The notes under the pieces were generated by a model. The model saw only the letters and a program-made list of their open reading frames with translations, did no database searches and was not told the origin of the DNA. Below are positions 15,988-30,270 of a stretch of DNA of 64,000 nt, piece after piece; positions within the stretch are counted from its first letter, which is position 1; each line of letters starts with the position of its first letter. A program made the position numbers and the translations under genes. Source of the DNA: Eledone cirrhosa (Eukaryota); NCBI GenBank assembly GCA_964016885.1, contig OZ024742.1:157728001-157792000 (forward strand). The letters are read 5' to 3'.

Positions 15988-16997
15988 TTAATACATTAAC
16001 AGAGAAAGTTTTAAGCAACACTCTGACCGGCTTCCGTCTCACTCAACAAACATTAGGATATACCTTAGTATAATCCCAATTATACGTTTGAGGTGCTAAC
16101 TATACGTATTATTTTATATGAGACATAATTAAAATACATCTCTCTTTCCAAACGATCGTTTCATTATAAGTTTTCTACAAATTGGGAAAGTAATGTCCAG
16201 GTTATGTAGAAGCCTAGACATAGTCCGTAGGAATATATGTAGGTTGGCACTTATAAATCATCAGTGGATGCCCGACAAATATCGATATAAAAATACCTTA
16301 CCGATATGTATGGCCAGTGATGGTACCCCTCCGTGCCAGAATGACCGCCAAATTTGAAATTCCAGCAGTCTCACAATGAGAAATCTCACACTGCCATCAA
16401 GCGGAAAGGGATGGTCATCGCAAAACATAAAAGAATAAAATAATATGCACGCGGGTCAATTAATTATTTCAATAATTTTAACCATGCGCGAAGAACTCAA
16501 TTGGATATAAAAAAAATAAATATATGCATGTATTATTTATACACGCATATAGGTATTTTCTTAGGCTAAAAACAGAGATAAGATACCGGAAGAAAAATCA
16601 ATATTTCATACAAAGAATAAATACGGAAAGTCATGCCTAAAAGGTATCTGGAATATTCATCCCTGGCCAAATCAAGAGTATAATATTTAATACATTAACA
16701 GAGAAAGCTTTAAGCAATACACCGACCGGCTTCCGTCTCACTCAACAAACATTAGGATATACCTTAGTATAATCCCAATTATACGCTTGGGGTGCTAACT
16801 ATACGTATTTTGCGGATAGCTAGTTGTATTATTTTATATGAGACATAATTAAAATACATCTCTCTTTCCAAACGATCGTTTCATTATAAGTTTTCTACAA
16901 ATTGGGAAAATAATGTCCAGGTTATGTAGAAGCCTACACATAGTCCGTAGGAATATATGTAGGTGGGCACTTATAAACCATCAGAGGATGCCTGACA
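15987..16997 (-). repeat. Partial tandem non-coding element, ~699-bp period (pLTR-like); related copies at 51942-52120 and ~56505-56670
   Basis: tttaatacattaacagagaaag...gatgcc occurs at 15987-16277 and 16686-16997. Each copy has minus-strand GAAA-cgatcg-TT-tgg with a decayed upstream core. Confidence 0.85.
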
Positions 16998-17067
16998 GCC
17001 TAGTTATAAATGTCAGAGACGGTGGAGATCCTGGTCTGGAGTTCAATCTCGGGTAAGATCGACACTG

Positions 17068-17098
<31 letters not shown>

Positions 17099-17099
<1 letters not shown>

Positions 17100-17900
17100 T
17101 TCACTAAATTATGTTGGATGAATCTATATCCTGACTCTTTTTGAATTGAGTTTGAATTATTTTTCCCACATCTTACGTTAACTATTTTCCCATTTTGACG
17201 CTATAGTCCCTTATATATTATGGAATACTGTTGGCTTCTTGCTACAATAATTTCTATACTTTTCATTTATATTTATACTCGGATTTCTTTTCCTAGAGTG
17301 CTTAAATTATTTGTGACTAATCCCGGTCTTTTAAAAAAAAAACGCGATAATATTGCTTTTTGATGAAATCCTTATTGTAGAGTTTTTTTCGGAATGTTTT
17401 TGACTGTTGTTTCATGTAAACAAACATTCGTCTCATTCTGACCTCACCAGTCCTGTTTCCACATGTGCGTTTTATTTTCATAATCACGCATGATGTTGAA
17501 CTAGCCTGCTTTTAAATTCCCTTTTTGGCATATTATATTCAGTGAATTTTTGGCTATCGTGTTGAGCTCTGCTGAGGATCTAATTCCAACCGTGACCACC
17601 CCCACTGAAAGTTTTCGTGAAATAGTCTTTTCAAGACTATACAGAGAATTTGTAGTTGTTCCAAATTGAAGGATGAGTATTTTAAACTTTATTTTATCAT
17701 GAGTTAAGGCTCTCTTGATTTTTCCCTGGATTTCACTAAATTCTGTTGGATGAATCTATATCCTGATTCTTTTTGAATTGAGTTTGAATTATTTTTCCCA
17801 CATCTTACGTTAACTATTTTCCCATTTTGACGCTATAGTCACATATATTATGGAATACTGTTGGCTTCTTGCTACAATAATTTCTATACATTTCATTTAT
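17099..17900. repeat. Direct repeat of ~175 bp (17099-17272 / 17731-17900) between (TA)n tracts
   Basis: tttcactaaatt(a/c)tgttggatgaatctatatcctga... is duplicated with a ~632-bp period. No ribozyme or protein motif recognised. Confidence 0.85.
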
Positions 17901-18059
17901 ATGTATGTATATATATATACATATATTCATACATGCATATATATATGCATACATGCATATATAGATATACATATATAATGTGGTAGAACACTGGAAGGTA
18001 ATATCCGTAGTGGTAGAGCACTCAGGCCATGGGACGAGTTAGGTAGAAGTGGTTACACA

Positions 18060-18625
18060 ACAGTTAGTTCACCATACCGAGAACAATTGTTTCACCTTAG
18101 CGGATCCTCCGCTCGTAATGAACATGGTTATACGGAACAGGGAGGACACCGGTATGAACGCGCATGCGCAGAAACGGTCACTTTACTCAGGCAATACTAA
18201 ATTGCGTGCGAGAGGTGTAAGGGAGCAAGTTGTCCACACGTCTGGAAACACCTCTTACATAACTACAAAGCTCGGGATTGAATTACAACAACATCCTAAT
18301 TTTCTTATCAACTAGAAATGTCTGACTTTCGCAGTTATCCCCCTTACACTTCTCGTACGCAGTTTAGTATTGCCTGAGTGAAGTAACCGTTTCTGCGCAT
18401 GCGCGTTCATACGGGTGTTCTTCCTGTTCCGTATAACTAGGTCCACTACGAGCTAAGGATCCGCTAAGGTGAAACAATTATTCTCGGTTTGGTGAACTAA
18501 CTGTTGGATATACATATATATATATATGTATTACTATACACACGATCCGCTAAGGTGAAACAATTGTTCTCGGTCTGGTGAACTAACTGTTGGATATACA
18601 TATATATATATGTATTACTATACAC
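18060..18625. repeat. Small fold-back element with minimal hammerheads (18079-18114 on minus, 18450-18485 on plus) and a duplicated 3' end
   Basis: Consensus of the arms: gag-CTGAGGA-tcc-gctaa-ggt-GAAA-caattg-TT-ctc. The arms carry different core lesions (CGGAGGA vs CTAAGGA). 18458-18543 is repeated at 18544-18625. Confidence 0.8.
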
Positions 18626-18635
18626 ACACACACGT

Positions 18636-18669
<34 letters not shown>

Positions 18670-18778
18670 TTATATATATACAAAATTAAAATTAAGGGTT
18701 GTCATGCCTGAGAGACATGCGCCATATCCACTGTAGAATAAGCTCAAAGATTCCAATGAATAGATCTGAGCATTGCAT

Positions 18779-19282
18779 ATCAACTAGAAATAGATTGACA
18801 TATATATATATAAAATAAACATATGAAACAATCACAGGGAGTAATTTGTAAAGAATGTAAGCACACATATCTAGGTAGGTAACTAATTAAAGTTTAACTA
18901 GAACTTCAAATATAGACCTTTTAAAATGATTAATCTCCTTTGTATATATTTCTTTAATTAAGAAATATTTTTCACCAATTAATCCGTAAAACACAGTAGT
19001 CAAATTCTTGATTGTTCACTAAAGGAGAAGAAGATGACTATCTGCGTGTACAAAGCAAATGCAAATCTGTTAATGACTCGAACCACGTGTTGCATTTTTT
19101 TAAAAATACTCACATTGCACAACGTCATCCCAATAGGACAATCGACAGCCAGAAATAGCAGCCGAGTCTATTTAATTGGTTACCTACTTGCTATGTGTGC
19201 TTACATTCTTTACAAATGATTCCCTGTGATTGTTTCATATGTTTATTTTTTATATATATATATATGTCAATCTATTTATAGT

Positions 19283-19290
<8 letters not shown>
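18779..19290. repeat. Inverted repeat (18779-18870 / 19193-19288)
   Basis: atcaactagaaatagattgacat...gtaagcacacat and its reverse complement, adjacent to (TA)n. Confidence 0.85.
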
Positions 19291-19329
<39 letters not shown>

Positions 19330-22225
19330 AACAAGCACACCACACACACATATATATATGTGTGGCAATTTATGATAGCTGCGAAATTTCAATAGTAATA
19401 ACATCATAACGGGTAAATATCATTTCATACATAGTGATGTTTTCCATCATTATTACGGTGAGCTAGTATAAATGGAAATAACCGCGTATTTATAGAACAT
19501 TAAATACCTTAGATACGATCCTACATACATGTATTGCAGCTACACACATATGATCATGAAATATATTCACGCCAAAACACCTCGACTCAATACATGAAGC
19601 TTTGATAACTTTAAATTTCACTGATGTAGATAGGCCTGCACTATTTGATCGGGGGATGAATAAATAAAACTATGTTGTTGTAGTTTGTTTTCTTATTCTG
19701 TGGTTTTGAGATTTTTTCTGAAATAACGTTAAGATAACACATTGTTAAAATCAATGTTGTTCTCGTAAAAAGTTATAATCAACCTGCATATATTGAGCAG
19801 AGAGATTTCACTCCAACATGTGCCAGATGAATTTACACACAAATGTACGCATATAAATATATTATGTTTCCTATACACATGCGAATACTTTAATATTTAC
19901 TACATGTATTGTTTCATTCTTAACACAGTTTAATGAAACTATGATTATCCTTACTTCACAAGCTTCGACAATTTTAAAACGGCGTTTATATCGTTAACTA
20001 AACACATCACTTTGTTATTTCTTGTCAAACAAACAATGTTCGCTATAAAAATCACCATTTCTACATATGCTCATTATATAAAATAGTATTCCTTGTTCCT
20101 CATAATCCCCCAACGGTCTGCATCTAAGGCCTCGGTGTAATGGTTTGTGATGGTTCAGCAATTAAATTATATCAGTAGGTTTTCAGAATAAAGTACATTT
20201 AGTTTCCTCTTGGTTACACTTTTGTGTACAAACACACATCTATATAACCACACTTTTAATCTTTACAAACGAAATATTTGCAGAAGACTTGTATTGTCTT
20301 CTCTACAGATATTGAATAATTGACTCGATATACGTCGGTATATTCGACAAAGATCTTAACTCATGCTAATTATTTGAAAACCAGGAAACGGATGTCGTTC
20401 ATCATGAATAGAAGAGAGCAGCTGCATCATTTGATGAAGAATCTAACCTGAATATCTATAGCTTTGAATATGAGTTGACGTTTTAAAATGTTTCTAAATA
20501 TAGATCATCTGACCACATTATATAGAGGCATCAGCATACCTTATGGAAATCATTCATCATTTGACGTTAGAAAGATGTTATATAACAGGGCACATATATT
20601 GATCTTATGTGTACCTTTGAGCATAGGGACATTATGAACCCCTCGTGACGTTTCCAGAAATCTCAATACGCCAGCATTAACACAATTTTAGAAACCAATA
20701 AATATTATTTAAACACATTTCTGAAGACTACGCTATTCTATTAAAGAAGGCAAATCAAAGTTCCTCGTTTATTGTGGAGTATTTTAACAGAATATTCAGG
20801 TTTGTAGTAATAAAATGCTTTAAACGATTACATTTTCTAGGAATGCAATGCGTTGGCTAATAAAATTAACAGCCCGTCCGACGTTCAAGCTATATAAGTG
20901 TATTAAGCTAGATTGACCGACCAACATTCGATTTGAAACGATCAAATTTGAAATGTATACACTTTGACATAGATATTAAAAGGCCCTGCGTAAATACACA
21001 TTTCAATACCCGAGGCACTTGGATTATTTTCAATAATATTTCGTTTATAACCAGCATCACTAAAACTGCCTCATTGGTCCGTTGAATTTTCTGCTATACC
21101 AAGATTATAATCACCAAGCAATGATGCGCTGTAGTGGCAGCGATGTGAGGGAAGAGGAGTGGTTCTCTACACAAATTTGGAAAACATACAATTTCAACAT
21201 TCAGATGGATCCTTTTCTATGATTTCGGATATTCCTCCATGTATAAAAATCCAAAATCTGAAAGACTCTGTATGGTGTGCAATTGCCGGCATCATCAAGC
21301 AACATAGCTTGGATGCATGAATGATTTTAAACTGATGGTCATTAAACTTAGGTGAGGAATTAGGTCTAAAGTTCAATGGATGTTTACGTGTGGGTATTCT
21401 GTGGACAGCTATGCAATATAATTACAACATTCTTACTTTCACATCACCACTTGCTGTCTTCAAGATGTATATATTAGGAGAGTTGATCATTCTACATTCA
21501 GATATGGAAAATAAGGAACAATATTCAAGCAGTTACAATAGGAGGAATCACAGTCGAATGATTGTAAGCTTTCAAACACAGAGTTTCAAAACATCTCTTG
21601 TGTATTTCGACAGTCAAAAATGAACTATTTACTCAGCTCACATACCCACGAAGTCGGATGTGTAGCATCTGGGATAAAAAAACACCAGAAAAATGTTGTC
21701 ATTTAAATATATAAGAGTTGATATGATAATATCAACAAAGAAAATCGCAACGCATATCCTTTACAAGCGGATAACAATTACACGTTGAAAAGGTGTGATA
21801 TTCGCGACAGATATAGAGTTCAAGAACATTGAAACTTTAGTGCAAGTGTAGCCTTCTTGTTACAATATGAAAATATAGTCCATGTGTTTAGTATTTAGAG
21901 AGAGAAAGGGGGATGACGAAACCGAAAACAAAGGTAGAGAATAGGGTAGATAAGGGGACGGAAGTCAGACATACGTATATACAGGAAGACAAAGAGATAA
22001 TTGCAAAATAGCGGCAAAATTTCAGAATATATATATATGCGTGTGTTCGTGTGTGTGTGGGTCTGTGTCTATATAGCTATATGTATATACATAAGTATAT
22101 ATATATATAAGTATATATATAAGTATATATATAACTATATATTTATATGTATGTAAATATATATATATATATATATATATAAGTATATATATAAGTATAT
22201 ATATAACGATATATTTATATGTATG

Positions 22226-22301
<76 letters not shown>

Positions 22302-22360
22302 TATATATGTATATATATATATATATATAAATATATATATGTATGTATATATATATACAT

Positions 22361-22401
<41 letters not shown>

Positions 22402-22469
22402 TATGTATATATGTGTATGCGTGTGTGCGTGTGTATATATATGTACATATATATATATATATGTATATA

Positions 22470-22542
<73 letters not shown>

Positions 22543-22544
22543 CA

Positions 22545-24278
22545 AAGCAATTGTAGTAAGGAACCAAATAGACCATAACGCACCAGTGTACACAATACTT
22601 AGGGTAGTAGAGTGTGAAACAGTAAAAAGTATGACCCCGACAACAGAGCTCAAGCCGTTTCGACGAATATTTCTGTACTAAATTAAAATGTTTAGCCTGG
22701 TGAATAAATAGCCGAACTTTTCAAGGAGGTACTTCCTTATATGGGGAGATTGTAGTTGTCAAGACGATTGGTTGAAATTTGTTGTAAACATAAATAAGTA
22801 TATCATGGCATTTGGTGGGTGGTAGGGGTGGCTGAACTTGCGGAGCGGGCAAGCGTTGAAAGTGATATGTATACATCAGATTCTAAGGATAGTGTATGAA
22901 GTGGGAGAGGGAGGTTATAGAATAGGTAAATCGAAAGAGAGTAGGAGACAATAAAAGATACTAGAAAGAAATAAAAAAATAAAAAATATATAAAATTAGA
23001 TAGTGACAAATGAATAAAGAAATCGCAATACTATCTTACAATTACAGGTTAACAAGTTGAGAATAGAAAAACTTATAGATATTACAAAACTGATACAAAA
23101 TTAAAGGGGTTTTTAACATATCTGCTATAAGTAGTTAGCAAAACGTATTCGGCCATTTCTATCTCAAAATAACAGGGTGGTGGAACTGATGCTACAAGGC
23201 CCGATAGGCTGCATCGGGGTTGGCGAAATGGGAAAGCAGACGAGGAAGCAGACGAGGAAGAAAATAGGATGAGACAGGGGGAAGAAGGAGAGAAAGAGGA
23301 AAAGAAAAGTGATACATTTACCTATGTAAGCTGAGGGTTTCCACTAACTTATTCGACAAGTGTCTGTGTGTGTGTGTATGGGGGGGGGGGGTTATCAGCC
23401 CTTGTCTACCCACCCGGGTCGTTATAGAGTTTGAGCGCGAGGTAAGTCCTACGCAATCTTTGTTTGCATGTGGTTACCAGTTCATCTTTCTTGTTTAGGA
23501 GTTGGTCCTTCGAAAACAGCATTTGTAATGTTTCCTCCGAGCATAAGGTACACGGACGGTGTCCTCCCGTGTAAGAGTTAACTCTGGACAGTAAGCTCCA
23601 AGTGCGATTGTACGTTATATTGTTATCTTGGAGGTCCCAAATGTGGCCCGAATGTGTAGTGGCATGTCGCCGAAGCGGGTGTCGGAAAGTATGTCGGTGT
23701 TGGTAGAGCCGGGTCTTGAAGTCACACGCCGTTAATCCTATATTAGCTTTGTTGGAGGTGTCTGTCCTCACGTTGCACTGGTAGATCACGTTACGTTCTC
23801 GGCATTTGTTGTTGAGGGGGCATGTGGATCTATCAGGGCAGTTACACCTCTTGGTCAGCTCTCCACTGATATCTAGGTTATTTCTTCCATAGGGGTTGAG
23901 TTTTTTTGTTATTTGAAGAGACGATGTTTTGTGCGAAGTTAGGTGTGGTGTTGTACGTGAGTTTGATGGTGTTTTTGTTCATACACTATCCTTAGAATCC
24001 GATGTATACATATCACTTACAACGTTTGTCTGCTCCACTCACTTCCCTATCGTTCTACAGCCAAGTTCAGTCACCCCTACCTCCCACCAAATACCATGAT
24101 AGGCTTATTTGTGTTTACCACAAATGTTAACCAATCTTCTTGACAACTACAATCTTCCCATATAAGGAAGTACCCCCTTGAAAAATTCGGCTATTTATTC
24201 ACCAGGCTAAAAATTATAATTTAGTCCAGAAATAGCCGTCGAAACGGCTTGAGCTCTGCCGTTGGAGACATACTTGTT

Positions 24279-24280
<2 letters not shown>
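22545..24280 (-). mobile_element. 5'-truncated Naiad-type PLE (GIY-YIG end + pLTR) with inverted 5' pLTR fragment, in (TA)n
   Basis: Minus-strand NKNTIKLTYNTTPN, RCNCPDRSTCPLNNKC, VIYQC...IGLTACDFKTRLYQH...HIW...CTLC...LLNKKDELVTTC (23406-23985). ~24085-24263 is an inverted copy of ~22634-22825. Same family as 62830-64000. Confidence 0.92.
24172..24267 (+). ncRNA. Hammerhead, U3-A8 variant with extended stem II (mirror 22634-22730 on minus)
   Basis: ccccc-TTGAAAA-att-cggctattt...aaatagccg-tc-GAAA-cggc-ttgagctct-gccg-TT-ggag. The other copies supply the G10.1-C11.1 closing pair, a GUC triplet and the gggg stem I strand. Confidence 0.7.
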
Positions 24281-24358
<78 letters not shown>

Positions 24359-24387
24359 ACATATGTATATATATATATATGTATATA

Positions 24388-25342
24388 TATACTATAAATG
24401 ATGTACATAGAATCATTTGACTAGATATATACTCCATTTCCTCTCCCAATTAGCATAATGAACCACAGAAAAATAACAAATAAACCAGGCTATAAGTTTA
24501 AAAGGCACCTATGAAGAAATAATATATAAATAAACGATAGCCATTTATTTGCGATCAACAGCTATAGAATATTTACCCACCATTTCAATAGCACGTGGAA
24601 ATCGATTAATTATATCTTCAACCATACACAATTAGGTATAAAATTAAAATTAGAAGAAAAAATGCATATACACAAACAAGGATTACGTTTCTACCGTATA
24701 GGCTTTCGTTCGCTTTCGGAAATATCCTATCAAGGATAAATTCCCGAGCTTCGAACTCATCAGGAAACAAACTCACTTGGGCAAAGATTTTTTTTAAATG
24801 ATGCCCGCCAGAAACGAATTCAAAATGGCTAAGAATTGTGACGTGGCAGTGGTCAAGTCAGAAAGAATGTGATTGGTGCCTTACGGCTAGTGAGCTGATT
24901 GCTAGAAAGCGCAGCCTAATATTGCCTAAATTGCATCTCAACCTTATGGGAGATTATCAAATATAAAGATTTACATATGCACAAACTAAATAAAGTCATA
25001 GATATGTTTTTGGCAACCATTCACGGTGTGGCTCAATGATCAATTAATAAATTAAATAATCAGAGCAATATACTATAAATTATGTCCATAGAATCATTTG
25101 ATAAGATTCCACTTCCTCTCCCAATTAGCATAATCAACCACACAAAAAAAATAAACCAGGCTATAAGATTAAAAGGCACCTATGAAGAAATAATAGATAA
25201 ATAAAAAACTGCCATTTATTCGCGATCAACACCTATAGAATGTTTACCCATCATTTCAATAGCACGTGGAAATCGATAAATATATCGTCAGCCATACACA
25301 ATTAGGTATAAAATTAAAGTTAGAAGAAAAAATACATATATG
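24388..25342 (-). repeat. Partial tandem non-coding element, ~681-bp period, with hammerhead motifs
   Basis: 24390-24670 is repeated at 25071-25340. Each repeat has a minus-strand relic core (CTGACGA at 25291-25285 ... GAAA at 25257-25254), and a second hammerhead lies at 24687-24768. Confidence 0.85.
24687..24768 (-). ncRNA. Type I hammerhead ribozyme, near intact, long stem II
   Basis: gtttc-CTGATGA-gttc[..tcgggaa..tatcct/aggata..tttccga..]gaac-GAAA-g-cc-tatac-gg-TA-gaaac. Perfect 5-bp stem I; one extra G at the base of stem III. Confidence 0.85.
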
Positions 25343-25407
25343 TATTCACAGACACAGACACACACACACAGATATATATAAATATATATATATATATAGA
25401 GAGAGAG

Positions 25408-25480
<73 letters not shown>

Positions 25481-25989
25481 TATTATATCATTATATACAG
25501 TCGTTCGAGTACGTATATATGAACGTGTGTAAAAATGGCAATTTAAGCATTTATCTTCTGTCTCTCTTCTTTCTAAGATATTTTCATACAATAATGAAAC
25601 CAATTTTTCTCGAAGATAATTACTATTTAAAATTTGAAAATGTAATATAATAGAAATTCGATTTATTTTCTTTTATTTATTTCATTATTTTTCATTATAT
25701 TTTTATCATGAATCAATTTGACCGTCTACGTACATGATACTAAGTAAGCGATAAAGAGGAATCACTGAACGACATTTCTTTAATGTAAGAAAATCCACTA
25801 TTATTCGCAGACGTCAAATCATGTTAAAGAAGGAAATGGCAATGAATCTAGCTAATTGAATGTAGATATTGTAATGTTACAGAGAATAAAGCAAAATGTG
25901 ATGAAAGAGGCAGGCCAGAGCTACATATTCAGTGCACAATAATGTAAATTATATGTAATTTATATACGAAATAAGTTCGGAGTCTAGCG

Positions 25990-26047
<58 letters not shown>

Positions 26048-27887
26048 CTGTGTGTGTGTGTGTGTCTGTGAGTGTGTGTGTGTGTGTGTGTTTGTGTGTT
26101 TGTGTGTGTGTGTGTGTGTGTATGTGTATGAATATATATATATATATACATATGTATGCATATATATGCATATATATATATACACTATGCATATATATGT
26201 ATATATATATATATAAATATAAATATATGAATACACACATATATATATAAATATATATATATGTGTATGTGTGTGTATGCGCATAGATAATATTCGACTA
26301 TATTGATATAAAATGTGTACCAGCTATCCTTCAGTGAAGTGTAGTAATTTGTAATGTACAAAAGTTGTCATACCCTCTAATAGATGATACTTATCTATGA
26401 ACCCCATAGTCACATAGATCATTTTTTCCAGTAAGACATTATGTATAATGATTACTAAATCTTTTCTATATCAGATATTGCTCTCGTTTTAGCTTAATTT
26501 CGAACATATTTCTTAACGGTTTAACTATTACAGGTTTTATTATATTTGTCGCTTACACTTTTACTAATTGTATCAAAATTCTTCCCATCGTGAGACCTCA
26601 AGGTATATTTATGTATATTGTCTGACGACATAATATTAATCACATAGGATTACCAAATTGCAATCCATTATGAATCATTTTGCTCATATGTTTTTTTACT
26701 GTTACATTCGGAAATAAACCAGAGCGACTCCTACCAGCTTGGCATTAGTGTCATACAGCATATCAAGTGTTACTATGTTTACAAAGGCTTTTTAAAGACT
26801 ATATATAATTTCATCATTCTTATTGGCCGATCTTTTAATTGATGGTGCATATCAATTCAATACATATATAAAGACATGAAATTTACATACTAAATAATCT
26901 TATCACTCCTTTGCAAATAACAAAGTTGGTATATTTCGTAATTAGTAATGCCAAAGGTTTATTTTTCTTTCGTCTTTCAATCTATCATTAAGAAATGCAA
27001 CTAATATTGTCCTCAGTAATAACACATTTCTACTTCAGAGTCTGATTGAAGTTGTTCTATGTGTGTATGTTCATAAAATGTTTACTTGATTAGTAAATTC
27101 CAATTACAAATATTAAAATCTTTCTTAGAATGTATTCATATAGGAGGTGTCGATTGTTATATTATGAGCAAATTTTGATTGACTTAGAGGTTCGAGTAGA
27201 ATAAGGGCATTGCTCTATGCGTAAGGGATCATCTAAGATTCATAGGCAATAATTCTCTCTGTACTGTATGTGGCCCATTCACACTGGAGAAACATGCTTT
27301 TGTACTACTCTGAGAACGTCAGTGATATTACTTTAAATTGACACAATGGTTCTATACACAGAGATAACCTCGCTAACTTTAACATATGAACCTATTAGCC
27401 AGCACAGTGTTTTAAAACCTTCGGTTGTGATCAGGCCCTTAAGATCAGCCAATAATTATCAGAAACCTTCACCACGATACATTTAATCTGCCCAAACCAA
27501 GAAGATATATTTGCTATCATATGTATAGCAAAAGCCATCAACATTTTCTATACCAAGTTTTGTATAGTATAGAAAAAGCATTAACTTGTAGCCTAGCATA
27601 TAGTTCCGTAGCGTCATATTTTGTTAATTACAAATATGCTAATAACAACGCATTAGAATGCAAATTTGAAACGGCATGAATTGCAGGCTGATGTAAAATG
27701 CCATTCTCCTGCTGTTATCAACCTCATTAACAGTATGTAATACAAATATTTGTATACCTCTCTGAAAATACATTATATACTATGCGGGGATAAATGGGTG
27801 TAATCATATTCCAAGACGTTTTACTGCCGTAAATATATCCGTTTAAAGCGTTAACTAACCCTCTCCTAAAAGCATTATTTATCACAT

Positions 27888-28072
27888 ATTGGCAGTATCG
27901 GTAGAGGGTCGGACGCCATGCTTTGAAGCATAGAGTTACTTCCCTGTATGATCTGAGTTCAAATCCCACCGAGATTAACTTTGCATTTCATCCTTCCGGG
28001 GTCGATAAAATAAAGTACCAGTAATGCACTGGTTGATTGTTGGCCCTGGGCCAAAAAGTAGATACAATTATT
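27888..28072 (+). mobile_element. tRNA-derived Nin/Deu-type SINE
   Basis: A box tggcagtatcgg, B box gagttcaaatccc, core catttcatccttccggggtcgataaaataaagtacca. Same family as 6660-6852. Confidence 0.85.
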
Positions 28073-29879
28073 TACCACAGGTTATACTGTCCTTCTAGAG
28101 ACTGATTAACGTGTGTTAATTAGTGCGACGCCTTATTACTTCTGCTATCTCGCTACATTATTCAAATATGATGAAGTGAATGCTTTATTTCGTTGCCTGT
28201 GCTTTAATTAAATAGTAAATTGAAATACGCGAGCACGTGCGTGCTTTAGAAAAAGAATAAACCGCATTTCAATCTTCAGTGGAAGCAAATTAACATGCCA
28301 AATGATGAGATATCTCCATTACATAATTCTCTTTACGCATTCCATGTTGCCGTTGTTGTTAGTTCTTTAGCTGCAGTCAGCGTCGTAGGAAACGTGGACA
28401 TCTAATTAAGAACCTGAAGTCAATTCATAGAACATTTCGTATCAGCACTCATCGAAAAAGCTGTGAAATACCAGCCAGTATATTTATTATATTTAAGGAA
28501 ATCGATTTATTTAAGAGTACAACGAATGCATTTTAAATCAGAGAGCTCTATTATAGAGAAACAGTGGAATCAACAGTTTATCATGAATTGCTTCCGACAT
28601 GTATATATCGAGTAATTAACCTGCATTATAAATACAGCATTTAATTTTGGAGTAATTTTACCAGTTAGGGATATATTGTATGTCTTTATATGGAGAGTAA
28701 ACGTGATTATATCAGTTTCGAAGATCGTTGATTGTAATTATGAAAGCATAACACTTGCTCTACGGGAAGTAACTTACATCGACAAAATCCAACAAGATAC
28801 AAATCCTATAATGTTTCATATGAACGACCTGTGTGTCCATGTAGTTAAGAATACTGTTCCAAAATTACATAGTCCTCTGTCAAGGTGTCGTGTTTTATAA
28901 CATAAAAATGACCAAAATATCTAGCAGTGGTTTTTGTTAGACAGAAAATATGGGAACTCACTAAAGGTTACTTTCCAGGTCATCGGAAGCAGACCTAAAC
29001 TCTCACTATTCCCAATAGCAACAGTTAATCTTACGTTTCTTTTATCTGTTCTACCGTGATATGGTTAGAACTTTGGACAGAAAACAACGTTTATTCCTTT
29101 TACTACACGAAGGTGGTAAATGTCCATTACGACCATCTTTATCGGATTAATTACATTTAACAGATTATGTCTTTCTTGGTGGGCTGCTCATCCATACACA
29201 GCACCTCCCTCTTCATTCGCGTTTGTAAATCGCAAATCTTTTAATTTCCTCGTAATCTTTCTATAGTTTTCTTTCTACGTTGGATACAAACATCTTAGTA
29301 TTCCTTGTATTAACAGGTAATATATTGTGAACATCCTTTTACCTTTTAAATTATGTAATAGAAATATGACAGTTAAGATTCTCAGGTGCATGTTTTGTAG
29401 ATTTTGTTTTATTTGTATTTTCTATGATTTAAAATAAAGAAATTTAATTTTAGCCGTCATTTCTCAACGTTCTTTCTACAAATATTTTAACTGATTACTT
29501 ATTGTAATTGTCAATGTAATCAATTTTCATATAAAATTGTTCAACATATTATTTAATTTATAATATAGTATTTCATAAGAGTTGTATAGTAACCTGACAA
29601 GACTGTTAATCTTTAATAGATTGAAGTAACACCTTTGTAGTTGGAACCTCCCAGATCCACAGGTTCACTTCGTTTATATCAGATGTACTCCTCTGCCATC
29701 CCCTACACTAAATCCTAGTGCATCATTGCCATACACTATTTCCTAAAATCCATTTCCCTCAATAATTTGGAATTTTGTTTAGAACAAAAAAAGTAAGAAC
29801 AAACTTATGAATTATAAATTATAATGGGCATATTTAAACAAGAACAAGGAAGTACTAACATCAAAACGATCATATCAAT

Positions 29880-30270
29880 TGAAGGCAATGTTTTCGATTT
29901 TTACATCCTACCAGAAGCTCTCTACATTCCAGAACCACATCATGAGTCTTATGACTGGCAAGCCGCTCAGCGACCGTAACTGTATCATTGACCTGCTCAA
30001 CATTACCAAACTTAAACTAATTACATCCATTGTCAAGTCAAGGGTACTCAAACTATACAGTCATATAAAAAGATCAACTCGTGGTGTGAATAAGTTATGC
30101 TTGAAGGAAGGTTGGCTGGTAGGAGAACCAAAGAGCAGCAGCGAAAACGATGGCTTGATAATGTCAATTTATGGACTGGACTCTGTCTTTGCTCTTTAAA
30201 ATCTGCTGCTGGTGATCGAACTTTGTGGAGAAAATATATCTCATGTTGATGCGCAGTATGCAACTGGCGG
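29880..30270 (+). mobile_element. Old RTE LINE 3' fragment
   Basis: KLSTFQNHIM...IVKSRVLKLYSHIKRS...KLCL, followed by AAGDRTLWR, matches the RTE C-terminal pattern. Confidence 0.65.

Noticed and set aside
23390-23425. SECIS-like ACGA...TGAT hairpin at the Naiad stop codon (minus strand)
   Set aside because: The upper stem is only about 3 bp, the AUGA is imperfect and the ORF has no in-frame TGA.
27888-27968. tRNA gene
   Set aside because: A and B boxes are present, but there is no cloverleaf and the sequence continues into a SINE core.
28330-28415. Possible minus-strand exon (MSTFPTTLTAAKELTTTATWN)
   Set aside because: Low complexity, unrecognisable and without supporting exons.
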